A stretch of 64,000 nucleotides of DNA from Candidatus Latescibacterota bacterium (GTDB lineage: Bacteria > Latescibacterota > UBA2968): NCBI GenBank assembly GCA_022824945.1, contig JAJDYX010000013.1, forward strand, positions 513 to 64,512, written 5' to 3'. This document shows positions 18,501 to 27,619 of this stretch, in pieces. The notes under the pieces were generated by a model, which made no database searches, had not been told where the DNA came from, and worked only from the letters and a program-made list of their open reading frames with translations. The translations under genes and the position numbers were made by a program. The first letter of the stretch is position 1, and each line of letters starts with the position of its first letter.

Positions 18501-21170
18501 TCAAGGATTTTCAATCGCGTGTGTCAGTTCGCTGGCGATGTGTTCGAGCAGTGCGGGGTCTGTGATTTTATCGCCATTTTTACGCACGTAAAAGGCATCG
18601 ACAGCGCGGTCTGCCTGTGTGCCTATGCGAGCGGTGTAGATGTCGAAGCCAAGGTCTGATAATGTGCGCGTGATGCGATACAGGAGGCCTATTGCATCTT
18701 GTGCCGTAATGTCGATGACGGTGGAGCGCATAGAAACATTGTTGTCGAATGTGATTTTAGGGGATATGGGAACTGTGGGCTGACGCTTCAGGGACCACCT
18801 TTGACTGTAATTGGCGAACAGGTCTGAGACGCGCTCTTTTTGTTGAAAGACATCGGTCAGGGTTTGTTGAATTTTTTCTTGTAATGCGGCGTTATCATCC
18901 ATATCGGAAGTGACTTGAAAGATGTCGATGACTGTGCCGTCGTTGCGCGTGTAGGCGTGTGCGCTGAAGATGTTGATGTCGTGGGTTGCCAGCACACCAC
19001 AAATTTCAGATAGACGAAAGGGCTGGTCGTGCGTACAGATGGTGATTTCCAGAAAGAGTTCGCCGGGTTGTACGCTAACGGCGACCAATGAGGATCCCAT
19101 TGCGTCGATGAGTTGCAGGTGTTGTGCTATTTCTTCCGGGCTGTTTTGTTCGGGATAGCGCGGAGGCATGTTGTTGAGATGTTCAACGAGGATCTGATAC
19201 GGAATGCGCGATTCCAGAGCCGTGAGGATTTTTTGAATGTCCTGTAGTTCGGGTTGCTCGCGGTCGAGTTGGGTATTTTGTGTGAGGAGATGAAAGGTGT
19301 TTTCGTAGAGTTCGCGCAAGAGGTGACCTTTCCAGGCGGTCCACGCAGTTTGTGTGACGGCAGACAGGTCGGCATATGTGAGGACATAGAGCATTCGCAA
19401 ACTATCGGGATGTGAAAATGTGCTGGCAAATTCGGCGATCATGCGGTGATCTGACAGGTCGCGGCGCTGGGCAATGGCGGACATGGCGAGATGGTGTCGC
19501 ACGAGAAAAACAACGGTTTCTATCTGGTCATCGGGCAATTGGAGGCGTTTGAGAAAGTCCCGTGTCATTTCTGCACCGACAATGCTGTGATCTTTGTCGC
19601 GAACTGATTTTCCCACGTCGTGCATCAATAGCGCGAGATAGAGAAGCTCTTTTCTCGGGATTTCATTGTACACGCGTTTGAGGTGCTGCAAATCGTGGGG
19701 CAGAGAAGGCGTGCGCGCGAGGTGGTCGAGACGTTCTACTGCGACCAGGGTGTGTTCATCTGCTGTGTAGATGTGATAGCGATTGTATTGTACCAAACAG
19801 GTCAAACTGCCAAATTCGGGTACATAAGTGCCCAGGATGTCGAGTTCGTGCATGGTGCGAAGGGTCGTGCCAATGCCGACGGGCGTGCGGAAGAGGTCGA
19901 GAAAGATGCGACTGATGCGCTCGGAAGACCTGAAGGTGTCGTCAATGAGGTGGAGATGGTCTTTGATCCCCTGTTTGGCCGCTTCATTGAGGGGTACGCC
20001 GAAGCGCTGTGAATTGAGAAAAAGGGAGAGGAGGCGATAGGGCGTGTTATCAAAAAAGTGTCGCCGCTTTTGGGGCAGGGCAATGTGCGTGTGGTGTAGC
20101 ACAGAGCCGTCATCGAGTTGACGGCGGGTGAGCAATCCCACAGCCCGACCGGTGGATGATTGGCCTTTGAGGCGTTCACATATCAGGTCGCTGAGGTGTT
20201 TAATTGCACGCGCATGGGTGTAGTAGTCTCGCATGAAGTGTTCCACACCCAGTTCATTATCCCGGTCTTTGTAGCCCAGGTTTTTGGCAATGGCGGGCTG
20301 CAGGTCGTGTTCGAGTATATCAAAGGGTTTGCCCGTGTGAAAGTGCAGTTCGCTGCGCGTGCGCAACATAAAATCAGAGGCTTCGATGTAGATCTGATAA
20401 TTTCTGCGCGTGAGCACCTGGCTCTCTACCAGACCGTCGGGCGCGCGAAGGCCACGGCGTGCCATTAAGAACCAGCCGGATGTGTGAATATCTCGCAATC
20501 CTCCCGGGCTTTCTTTGACATTGGGCTCGAGGAGCTGGACAGAAAATTTGGATCTGCTGTGTCGCTGGATGCGTTCCTGATATTTTTTTTCCACAAAACC
20601 GCGTGCGCGTCTGCCAAAAAACCGCCGCGCAAGGGTGTCTTGCAGTTGGGGCTTCAAGGTGGGATCACCCACGAGATGGCGCGTTTCGAGCATCGCGGTC
20701 ATGGAATCGGCGTCGTCTTGCGCTGCAGTGATGCAATCAGAAAGGGTGCGCGTGCTGTATCCCACGTCAAATCGCAGATCCCAAAGGGTGTGGAGAATCG
20801 CGCGCGTTATGGGGTCGCCTTCATGGACTTTTTTATTGAAGAGAAATAACAGGTCAATATCCGAGTGGGGATTGAGCGCACCCCGGCCATATCCCCCTTG
20901 CGCGATTACGGCAAATCCGGTTGGCTCACCGTGTTCTTCTATGGCTTCGGCATACAGTGCCTGGATGAGTGTATCGACGCGCTGTGTGAGTGCTGCCACC
21001 ACAGCGTTGCCCGATGCCCCGCTCTGGTGATGTGTATGAATATTTTCCCAGGTGGTGTCGAGATAGGTTCGCAGGTACGACAGACGTTCGGCGGACCAGG
21101 CTTCGGATGTTTTTTTTGCGTTGAGCAGGTCGTGAGGAAGGGTATCACATATGGAGATTTGTTTATTCAA
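18501..21170 (-). CDS. glnD: [Protein-PII] uridylyltransferase/uridylyl-removing enzyme GlnD
   Basis: The 889-aa product has a nucleotidyltransferase region (GGYGRGALNPHSDIDLLFL) and an HD domain (LALLMHDVGK). It ends in two ACT-like domains. Confidence 0.9.
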   Translation of the reverse strand: MNKQISICDTLPHDLLNAKKTSEAWSAERLSYLRTYLDTTWENIHTHHQSGASGNAVVAALTQRVDTLIQALYAEAIEEHGEPTGFAVIAQGGYGRGALNPHSDIDLLFLFNKKVHEGDPITRAILHTLWDLRFDVGYSTRTLSDCITAAQDDADSMTAMLETRHLVGDPTLKPQLQDTLARRFFGRRARGFVEKKYQERIQRHSRSKFSVQLLEPNVKESPGGLRDIHTSGWFLMARRGLRAPDGLVESQVLTRRNYQIYIEASDFMLRTRSELHFHTGKPFDILEHDLQPAIAKNLGYKDRDNELGVEHFMRDYYTHARAIKHLSDLICERLKGQSSTGRAVGLLTRRQLDDGSVLHHTHIALPQKRRHFFDNTPYRLLSLFLNSQRFGVPLNEAAKQGIKDHLHLIDDTFRSSERISRIFLDLFRTPVGIGTTLRTMHELDILGTYVPEFGSLTCLVQYNRYHIYTADEHTLVAVERLDHLARTPSLPHDLQHLKRVYNEIPRKELLYLALLMHDVGKSVRDKDHSIVGAEMTRDFLKRLQLPDDQIETVVFLVRHHLAMSAIAQRRDLSDHRMIAEFASTFSHPDSLRMLYVLTYADLSAVTQTAWTAWKGHLLRELYENTFHLLTQNTQLDREQPELQDIQKILTALESRIPYQILVEHLNNMPPRYPEQNSPEEIAQHLQLIDAMGSSLVAVSVQPGELFLEITICTHDQPFRLSEICGVLATHDINIFSAHAYTRNDGTVIDIFQVTSDMDDNAALQEKIQQTLTDVFQQKERVSDLFANYSQRWSLKRQPTVPISPKITFDNNVSMRSTVIDITAQDAIGLLYRITRTLSDLGFDIYTARIGTQADRAVDAFYVRKNGDKITDPALLEHIASELTHAIENP

Positions 21171-21320
21171 TGGGTAGTCCTTTGGAAATGGCTGTGATGC
21201 TACGAGAGGTTAATAATATCACGCAACGGATAGGTGTCAAGATATTTGGGCTTGCGCTTTGGGTCGAAATATGGAAAATTAACGTTAGATGGTTTTTATA
21301 GTTGTATCGGGAGAACGCTC

Positions 21321-22379
21321 ATGGACATGGCTATGGATTATAGTGCTTCAATTCTGGAGGGGCTGGGGGAGGGCATCGTGGCTTTTGATAAAACACATCA
21401 GGCCGTGATGGCCAATGCACATCTGATTGCGTTGATGGGGTGGGACAAACAGGCTGTTTGTGGCGCATCGCCAGAGGAGCTATTTGCCCAACGCCCTGAG
21501 TTGTTGCGGATTTTGAACGAGGGTATAAAAAATAAGGTGCTGGTGTCAGATACGGATCTGGTACACCACAATGCAGATGGTGGATTGCAACATCTGCGCG
21601 TGAGTACGTCATTTTTGAATGCGGATACGCAGTGCGGGCTGGTGCTGGCGGTGCGCGATGTTTCTGAGATAAAGCGGATGGAATGGGAGATTTTTCAAGT
21701 TGAAAAGATGACGGCGTTGGGGCGTTTGGCCGCTTCTGTTGCCCATGAGGTGCGCAATCCCCTGGGGGCGATTGACATTCAGTTGCAGTTGTTGGAGGAA
21801 GATCTCGACGAGTTGTCAAGTGCGTTGAAAGAGCGCCTTGTGGGACGGCTCAATATCGCGCAGACAGAGATGAAACGGCTCGACCGCCTCGTGTATAATT
21901 TTTTGCGTTTTTCGCGTACGCCCAAACTTCATTTGCGACAGGTGTTTCTCAACGATGTGGTTCGCCGCGTTTTTGAGCTGGTCTCGCCCGAAGCACGCGA
22001 GCGCGGCATTGTGTTGCGTCTGGAGCTTTCCGACGGTCTGCCCGCGATTAATGGAGATGAGGATCAACTCGGTCAAGCCGTGCTCAATATTGTGGTGAAT
22101 GCCTTTCAGTCCATGGCCGAAGGTGGCGATTTGATTGCCGAAACGCAAACCGAGTCGGGGCAGGTGTGTTTGATGCTTAAGGATACGGGGTGCGGGATTC
22201 CAGAAGAAGAAGTGGATCGCATTTTCGAGTTTTATTATACGACGAAGGATGAGGGTACCGGGTTGGGGCTATCTATTGCCCAGCGCATTATTTATCAGCA
22301 CGGAGGGCATATCGATGTCGAGAGCCTTCCCGAACGAGGTACGACTTTCCGGGTGTATTTGCCCGTGCCTGAGAGGTAA
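21321..22379 (+). CDS. Cytoplasmic PAS-domain sensor histidine kinase (NtrB-like)
   Basis: It has a PAS-like N-terminus, the H-box SVAHEVRNPLGAI, and N/G boxes (NIVVNAFQSM, DTGCGIP, GTGLGLSIA). I see no TM segment. An RBS GGGAGA lies before ATG 21321. Confidence 0.85.
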   Translation: MDMAMDYSASILEGLGEGIVAFDKTHQAVMANAHLIALMGWDKQAVCGASPEELFAQRPELLRILNEGIKNKVLVSDTDLVHHNADGGLQHLRVSTSFLNADTQCGLVLAVRDVSEIKRMEWEIFQVEKMTALGRLAASVAHEVRNPLGAIDIQLQLLEEDLDELSSALKERLVGRLNIAQTEMKRLDRLVYNFLRFSRTPKLHLRQVFLNDVVRRVFELVSPEARERGIVLRLELSDGLPAINGDEDQLGQAVLNIVVNAFQSMAEGGDLIAETQTESGQVCLMLKDTGCGIPEEEVDRIFEFYYTTKDEGTGLGLSIAQRIIYQHGGHIDVESLPERGTTFRVYLPVPER

Positions 22380-22382
22380 CTT

Positions 22383-23741
22383 ATGGAGGCGAGTGAGATT
22401 CGGATTTTGATTGCAGATGATGAGTACTATATCTGCGAGGGGCTGCGGGAGGCGATGACCAAAGACGGTTATCGGGTTGATGTGGCTTATGATGGGAATC
22501 GGGCAAAAGCGCTTATGGAAGCCCATGAGTACGATGCCGCAATTTTTGATCTCAAGATGCCGGGGCAGGATGGTCTGGCGCTTTTGAAGTGGGTAAGCGG
22601 TTCAAATCGCGAGATTGGCGTTATTGTGATTACGGCTTATGGAGAGGTGGAGACGGCTGTTGAGGCCATGCGACGGGGGGCGTATGATTATTTGACCAAG
22701 CCGGTAGATCTGAAGCGGTTGCGCCTGTCTTTAGAGCGTTTGCTGGATCACCAGGCTCTGGTCGCGGAGAATCGCGTATTGCGGGCGCGTCTGGATTCCA
22801 ATGGCGAAAATGGAGATGTTGTGCATCGAAGTGCCGCGATGGAACAGGTTTGTGATACCATAGCGCAGGCGGCAATGACCGATGTGCCGGTTTTGATTAC
22901 TGGCGAGACGGGGACGGGGAAAGAACTCGTGGCGCGTGCGATTCATCAGGCGAGTGCGCGGCGGAATGCGCCTCTGGTGGCGATGAATTGCGGGGCGTTT
23001 GCCGAGACGTTATTTGGCAGCGAGTTGTTCGGTTATGTAAAGGGCGCGTTTACGGGGGCGACGGCGGATAAGGCGGGTTTTTTTGCCGCGGCTGAAGGCG
23101 GAACGCTTTTTTTTGATGAGGTGGGCGAAATCCCTTTGCCCAATCAAGTCGATTTGCTTCGCGTCTTAGAAGAAAAAGTTTATCGCCCGGTGGGGAGCAC
23201 CAGGGCGGTGGCCGCAGATGTGCGAACTATTTTTGTCACCAATCGCGATCTCGATCGGGAAGTGGCAGAAGGGCGGTTTAGAGAGGATCTGTATTATCGC
23301 ATCAATGTGGTGCCCATTCGCCTGCCACCGCTTCGCGAACGCGTTGAAGATATTCCGCTTTTGGTCGATGTGTTTTTTGATAATCTGTGTGCGTTGCACC
23401 ACAAAGCGCGCAAGGAATTAACTCCGGATGCGATGGACAGGGTTCTGGCTTATTTTTGGCCGGGCAATGTGCGCGAGTTGAAAAATACGATTGAGCGGGT
23501 TGTGGTAACCTGTGCAGATCAAAAGGTCGATGTCGATCATTTGCCTTCTCGGATACGCGATGCCCAGAATGAGATGGATACGATAACGGTTGAACTCGGT
23601 TCTTCGCTTGAAGATGTGGAGCGCGCGTTGATCGAAAAAACACTTGCACATGTGACGGCAAATCGCAAAGAGGCTGCGGCTCTGCTGGGGATCAGTGTGC
23701 GCGCGTTGCAATACAAGATCAAGGCGTATAATCTGCGCTAA
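22383..23741 (+). CDS. Sigma54-dependent response regulator (NtrC-family bacterial enhancer-binding protein)
   Basis: It has a REC domain (ILIADDE...IFDLKMPGQDG) and an AAA+ domain with GETGTGKE, the GAFTGA loop and ESELFGY-like sequence. A Fis-type HTH sits at the C-terminus (NRKEAAALLGISVRALQYKIK). Confidence 0.92.
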   Translation: MEASEIRILIADDEYYICEGLREAMTKDGYRVDVAYDGNRAKALMEAHEYDAAIFDLKMPGQDGLALLKWVSGSNREIGVIVITAYGEVETAVEAMRRGAYDYLTKPVDLKRLRLSLERLLDHQALVAENRVLRARLDSNGENGDVVHRSAAMEQVCDTIAQAAMTDVPVLITGETGTGKELVARAIHQASARRNAPLVAMNCGAFAETLFGSELFGYVKGAFTGATADKAGFFAAAEGGTLFFDEVGEIPLPNQVDLLRVLEEKVYRPVGSTRAVAADVRTIFVTNRDLDREVAEGRFREDLYYRINVVPIRLPPLRERVEDIPLLVDVFFDNLCALHHKARKELTPDAMDRVLAYFWPGNVRELKNTIERVVVTCADQKVDVDHLPSRIRDAQNEMDTITVELGSSLEDVERALIEKTLAHVTANRKEAAALLGISVRALQYKIKAYNLR

Positions 23742-23750
23742 TTTCCAAAA

Positions 23751-23796
23751 GCGCAATTTTTGCATTTTAGTTATAAAATAGGGTGCAATTTTTGCA
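23751..23796 (+). promoter_or_regulatory. Two copies of GCAATTTTTGCAT (inverted-repeat core TGCAA-TTT-TTGCA), candidate enhancer (UAS) sites
   Basis: Identical 13-mers lie at 23752-23764 and 23784-23796, 32 bp apart. They sit about 95 and 128 bp upstream of the sigma54 promoter and directly downstream of the activator gene. Confidence 0.5.
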
Positions 23797-23883
23797 TATC
23801 AAAAGAAAGAAAAAGGGTATGAAAATAAAATTTTCTGAATGTTGTTCAATATAAACAATAGGTTATGTCTTTGAGTATATGTT

Positions 23884-23898
23884 TGGCACGGATATTGC
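23884..23898 (+). promoter_or_regulatory. Sigma54 (RpoN) promoter, -24/-12 type
   Basis: TGGCACGGATATTGC is an exact match to TGGCAC-N5-TTGC. It lies about 95 nt upstream of the PtsN-like ORF. Confidence 0.8.
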
Positions 23899-23992
23899 TA
23901 TAATATTAGGGCGCGGTTATCGCGGATTTTTGATATTGGGAGTAACTTTCTGTTTTTATTGATGTTAATGAGTTATTCTCCATTTTTAAGAA

Positions 23993-24559
23993 ATGTCTTA
24001 TAGTTTGAAGGTGCAAATTCTGCATTTTGTTGCGTGTGGGGACCCGGTGACTCAAACGACAATTTTACCTGAAGGCGATGTTTTTCAGTTTGATGTTTCG
24101 CTTCTTGTACCCGAGTTGCAATCACAGGATCGCATGGGGGCGATCAAGGAACTGGTTGATCGGCTCTATGGGCGCAAGAAGGTGGTCGATAGTTTGAAGT
24201 TTTTGCAAACTATTCTGGATCGAGAAGATCAGATGAGTACTGTTTTGGGTCGAGGTGTTGCACTGCCTCATGCGCGATGCCGATCGGTTGCTCAGCCCGG
24301 TGTGGCATTGGGTATTTCTCAGACGGGTATTGCTTTTCCCCCAGATGCAGAACCCGTTCACGTAATATGCATGGTTGCAGTACCCGATATGGCTCCTGTG
24401 CCTTATTTATCGGTTTTGAGCAATTTGGCTCTGTTGTTTAAAAATTCAGATGTGCGAGCGGGTTTGATGGCCTGCGACACGTCGATGAGTATGTATCAAT
24501 TTATGACAGAACACCTGGCGCAAATTCGCAAGGTGTCGGCTCCCCATTCTGTTTTATAG
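23993..24559 (+). CDS. PTS EIIA type-2 domain protein (PtsN / EIIA-Ntr-like)
   Basis: It contains AIKELVDRL..., ILDREDQMSTVLGRGVALPHAR (the phosphorylatable His context) and VHVICMVAVP. The N-terminal start is uncertain. Confidence 0.75.
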   Translation: MSYSLKVQILHFVACGDPVTQTTILPEGDVFQFDVSLLVPELQSQDRMGAIKELVDRLYGRKKVVDSLKFLQTILDREDQMSTVLGRGVALPHARCRSVAQPGVALGISQTGIAFPPDAEPVHVICMVAVPDMAPVPYLSVLSNLALLFKNSDVRAGLMACDTSMSMYQFMTEHLAQIRKVSAPHSVL

Positions 24560-24592
24560 TAGCTCTTCCCCATTTTTTACAGGAGGTTCCCC

Positions 24593-25444
24593 TTGCCTGG
24601 AATTATGATACAAGATAGTGAGTCTCTGGATTTGTATCTGCGAGACATTGCCTCGTCTGAACCCCTTTCGAGTGCAGAAGAAATTGAACTGGCCAAGAAG
24701 ATCCATAAAGGTTGCCAGAGATCCAGAGATAAACTGGTTGCGGCCAATCTCCGTTTTGTGGTGAGTGTGGCGCGCGAATATCAAAATCACGGGGTGCCTC
24801 TGGCCGATTTGATCAGCGCGGGCAATATGGGTCTGATGACAGCTGCCGAGCGTTTTGATGGCACGCGGGGCTTTAAGTTTATTTCCTATGCTGTCTGGTG
24901 GATCCGCCAGGCGATCCACCAGAGTCTGGCACAGGATTCGCGGGTTGTGCGGTTGCCTATTAACCGCATTGATTTGTTGCACAATATTTCAAAGGTGTCG
25001 CGCGAGTTGAGGCAGTCGAGTGAGACCGAACCCGAACCCGAAACTGTGGCCAAAGAACTCGGCGTGTCGGTGGAGATGGTTCAGGATACGCTGATGCGCG
25101 CGCGCGATGTCTGGTCTCTGGATGCGTCTTTCCGCGAGGAGGATGACCACAGTTTGTTGCATGTGTTGCCCGATAAGACGCAAAAGGCACCCGATGAGGA
25201 AGTTGTAGAAGATTCGGTGCGCGAGCAGGTAAAAGATGTGCTCACGTCTCTGGATGACCGCGAGACCGAGGTTTTGCGCCTGTATTTTGGTCTGGGTGGT
25301 GAAGAGCCTCTTACGCTCGAAGAGATCGGTGTTCGGTTCAATTTGACCCGAGAGCGCGTGCGGCAAATTAAGGAGAAAGCACTTCGCAGGTTGCGCCATC
25401 CGCGTCGTCGCTCGCGGCTCGAGCCGTTGCTGGAAGTGACTTAA
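24593..25444 (+). CDS. RNA polymerase sigma factor, sigma70 family with regions 1.2-4 (group 2/RpoS-like size)
   Basis: Region 1.2 reads LDLYLRDIASSEPLS and region 2 reads NLRFVVSVAREY...DLISAGNMGLMTAAERFD...FISYAVWWIRQAI. Region 4 reads LTLEEIGVRFNLTRERVRQIKEKALRRLR. AGGAGG lies 6 nt before the TTG at 24593. Confidence 0.88.
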   Translation: MPGIMIQDSESLDLYLRDIASSEPLSSAEEIELAKKIHKGCQRSRDKLVAANLRFVVSVAREYQNHGVPLADLISAGNMGLMTAAERFDGTRGFKFISYAVWWIRQAIHQSLAQDSRVVRLPINRIDLLHNISKVSRELRQSSETEPEPETVAKELGVSVEMVQDTLMRARDVWSLDASFREEDDHSLLHVLPDKTQKAPDEEVVEDSVREQVKDVLTSLDDRETEVLRLYFGLGGEEPLTLEEIGVRFNLTRERVRQIKEKALRRLRHPRRRSRLEPLLEVT

Positions 25445-25470
25445 ATGCGGTGAGACGTAAATGCAGTAAA

Positions 25471-25498
25471 AAAAGGCCCCTGTTTTCAGGGGCCTTTT
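25471..25498. terminator. Bidirectional rho-independent terminator (GGCCCCTG-TTTT-CAGGGGCC)
   Basis: A perfect stem is flanked by an A-run and a T-run. It is a variant of the hairpin repeated after each array gene. Confidence 0.8.
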
Positions 25499-25515
25499 GC
25501 TTTGTGCGTTCGGCG

Positions 25516-27354
25516 CTACTTGAGGTAGAGCAGTCGTCGCGTCTGTACCCCGCCGGGATAGCTCAGGCGTGCGATATAGATCCCCGTCGATAGCGAGATG
25601 CCCCGCTGGTCGAGGACATCCCACCGTATCTGGTAGGTGCCAGCGGTCTGGGACCCATCCACCAGCGTGCGTACCGGCTGACCCAGCACATTGTAGATTA
25701 CCAACTGCACCGGACCGGGGCTGGACAGATGATAGGTTATCAGGGTGGCGCTGTTGAACGGGTTGGGAAAGTTGGGCGCCAGACCGCTGGCTTCCGGCAC
25801 TGTCTCGGCTGTGAGCACGGGCTTGGATGCGGCGAGTGGTCCGACTCGTACGACCTTCATATCGCCGCCGAGCGTCAGTTCCAGTACCTGGCGTTGATTG
25901 TGATTGAGGGGAATGGAGTGCCATTGGCCGACGATTTTGCCATCGGTGTTGCTGGCGCGGGCTGTATAGTAACCAGTGACCCCATCTGCGCTGGAGATGG
26001 TGAGGGACAAATAGCCATTGGCATCTGTGACAGCACTATAGGCGTAGTCGGCTGGCTGGCCGGCGATGGATCGAGCAAATTCGACGGTCAACCCTCCGAC
26101 GGCGTCGCCCAGGACTGTGGCCGCCACTTGCGTAAGGGGACCGTCCGGGACAACATCGGGTGCGCGACCATAGAAGCCCGATCCAACGATGAAGTCAGCC
26201 GGGATTGTGCTTCCGTCTGCCCTCCGGATTTCAGCGGCAAACTCGCGTGCGTATCCCACCTTGGGGATGTCGGCTCTGTCTGTGTCGTCGGTGGGATCGT
26301 CGAAGTAATACTCCACGAAGCCGCCTTCCGGGTTACCGGTCGCCGCTTCGATGACTTGAGGCAGAATGAACTCTCCGGTCACAGCGTCAGTAACGGTCGG
26401 TATCAGAGGCCGATACTCGTATTTGTCCGGGAAGGCTGCGTGAAAAATGATGACGTTGCTGACAATATCCAGGACGTAGAGGTACACGGAACCGTGTCTC
26501 CACGGCCCGTTCGGATCCCGCAAGGCGATCCTGGCTTTCGCCTGTGCGGCTAAATCGCCGGAACTCATGAGGTCGAGAAAGTAATTCCCCGCTTGGGTAA
26601 CGAAGGCCTTCAAGGTTTCCCGATCTACCACGTCCTTGGCGGTAATGGCCGGATCGCCGTAATCGATGGCTTCATCGCTAATGGGAACCAGGTGAGATTC
26701 ATTGAGATCGAATCCCATGAGCATCACAATCGGAGCACCCCCTAAATTGGGCTCGATATAGATGGCGGCATGGCCCGAAGCGCCTGGTATGCCTGGCGAC
26801 AGTCCTGGAATGGGGGTGGTCGCGTCGAATGCGCCGTCCGGTTCCTGCGACAATGTGCCCATGACCGCGCCGAAAGCCTGGGCGGCGGTAGCAGGATCGG
26901 GAGATGCCAGATTGGCCAGATCGGTTGGAGATACGCCCAACGCAAAAAGGATCGCGCCATAAATCACAGGGTTGAGCAGCCTCCCCGTCAACGACATGTC
27001 CTTCGCGTGAATGTACACTCTGCCGTCGGGAGTCAGGCTCACGATGTACGTGGAACCGGAACGCCAAATCCCATCGTCCAGCCTTATGATGCATCCGATA
27101 TATACCGCTTGTTCCGCGGTCGCGGCCCCCTGAGCATATTCTCTGGACCGCTCTCTCACGGCCAGCGCGAAGTCCATCAGGGTCGCGCTTCCGTCTTCCA
27201 CTTGTTGCGCCGTCACACGCGGATCCGCAGGAGGCGTCACGCCGGGAGGAAGTGGACAATCTGCCAGGGCGGGAGGCGCATTGGAAAAGACGCCAGCCAG
27301 CACGAGCAGTCCAACAACGGGAATCATGTAGGTGGGTAATGTTCGAGTTTTCAT
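25516..27354 (-). CDS. Array paralog 1: exported tandem Cache-like protein with beta-sandwich and T9SS C-terminal sorting domain
   Basis: It has a signal peptide (MKTRTLPTYMIPVVGLLVLAGVFSNAPPALA) and a conserved Cys pair. The Cache_2-like motif is LRDPNGPWRHGSVYLYVLD...FHAAFPD...EGGFVEYYFDDPTDDTDRADIPKVGYAREF...GSGFY. The C-terminal sorting domain is FPNPFNSATLITYHLS...LLYLK. An SD GGGAGGA precedes ATG 27354. Confidence 0.8.
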   Translation of the reverse strand: MKTRTLPTYMIPVVGLLVLAGVFSNAPPALADCPLPPGVTPPADPRVTAQQVEDGSATLMDFALAVRERSREYAQGAATAEQAVYIGCIIRLDDGIWRSGSTYIVSLTPDGRVYIHAKDMSLTGRLLNPVIYGAILFALGVSPTDLANLASPDPATAAQAFGAVMGTLSQEPDGAFDATTPIPGLSPGIPGASGHAAIYIEPNLGGAPIVMLMGFDLNESHLVPISDEAIDYGDPAITAKDVVDRETLKAFVTQAGNYFLDLMSSGDLAAQAKARIALRDPNGPWRHGSVYLYVLDIVSNVIIFHAAFPDKYEYRPLIPTVTDAVTGEFILPQVIEAATGNPEGGFVEYYFDDPTDDTDRADIPKVGYAREFAAEIRRADGSTIPADFIVGSGFYGRAPDVVPDGPLTQVAATVLGDAVGGLTVEFARSIAGQPADYAYSAVTDANGYLSLTISSADGVTGYYTARASNTDGKIVGQWHSIPLNHNQRQVLELTLGGDMKVVRVGPLAASKPVLTAETVPEASGLAPNFPNPFNSATLITYHLSSPGPVQLVIYNVLGQPVRTLVDGSQTAGTYQIRWDVLDQRGISLSTGIYIARLSYPGGVQTRRLLYLK

Positions 27355-27547
27355 CGCGATGGTCCTCCCTTTAAGGAATGGGCGGTGAAGGAATAATGAA
27401 AAATACCCTGGCAAGGAAATAATAGACGATATATAGTTTCAGGGACAATATATCGCCCCTATTAGATGGTGACAAGTCCTATCTCAATCGCAAATTTGTC
27501 CTGCTATTCAAAATTTGTTCCAGTTTCCATAGGGTGTTGTTTTTGGC

Positions 27548-27576
27548 TTGACAGCGCGTGAATCGAAAAATATACT
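27548..27576 (+). promoter_or_regulatory. Near-consensus sigma70-type promoter (TTGACA-17 nt-TATACT)
   Basis: TTGACA lies at 27548-27553 and TATACT at 27571-27576. The promoter is about 45 nt upstream of the lipoprotein gene start. Confidence 0.55.
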
Positions 27577-27619
27577 GTAGTTGTTCATTTTTCGGATAAT
27601 AATTTGCAGGGAGATTGAG

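Noticed and set aside
24922-24937. A second TGGCAC element (TGGCACAGGATTCGC) as a sigma54 promoter.
   Set aside because: It lies inside the sigma factor coding region. The -12 element is TCGC rather than TTGC, and no gene start lies downstream.
27355-27414. Extended N-termini offered by the ORF track (27414, 32007, 18345, 16964, 21234, 52458, 54788, 56086, 42173, 44438 and 3525).
   Set aside because: Internal ATG/GTG/CTG starts give canonical N-termini (signal peptides or conserved family starts). They also have better RBS spacing or avoid overlap with neighbouring genes or repeats.
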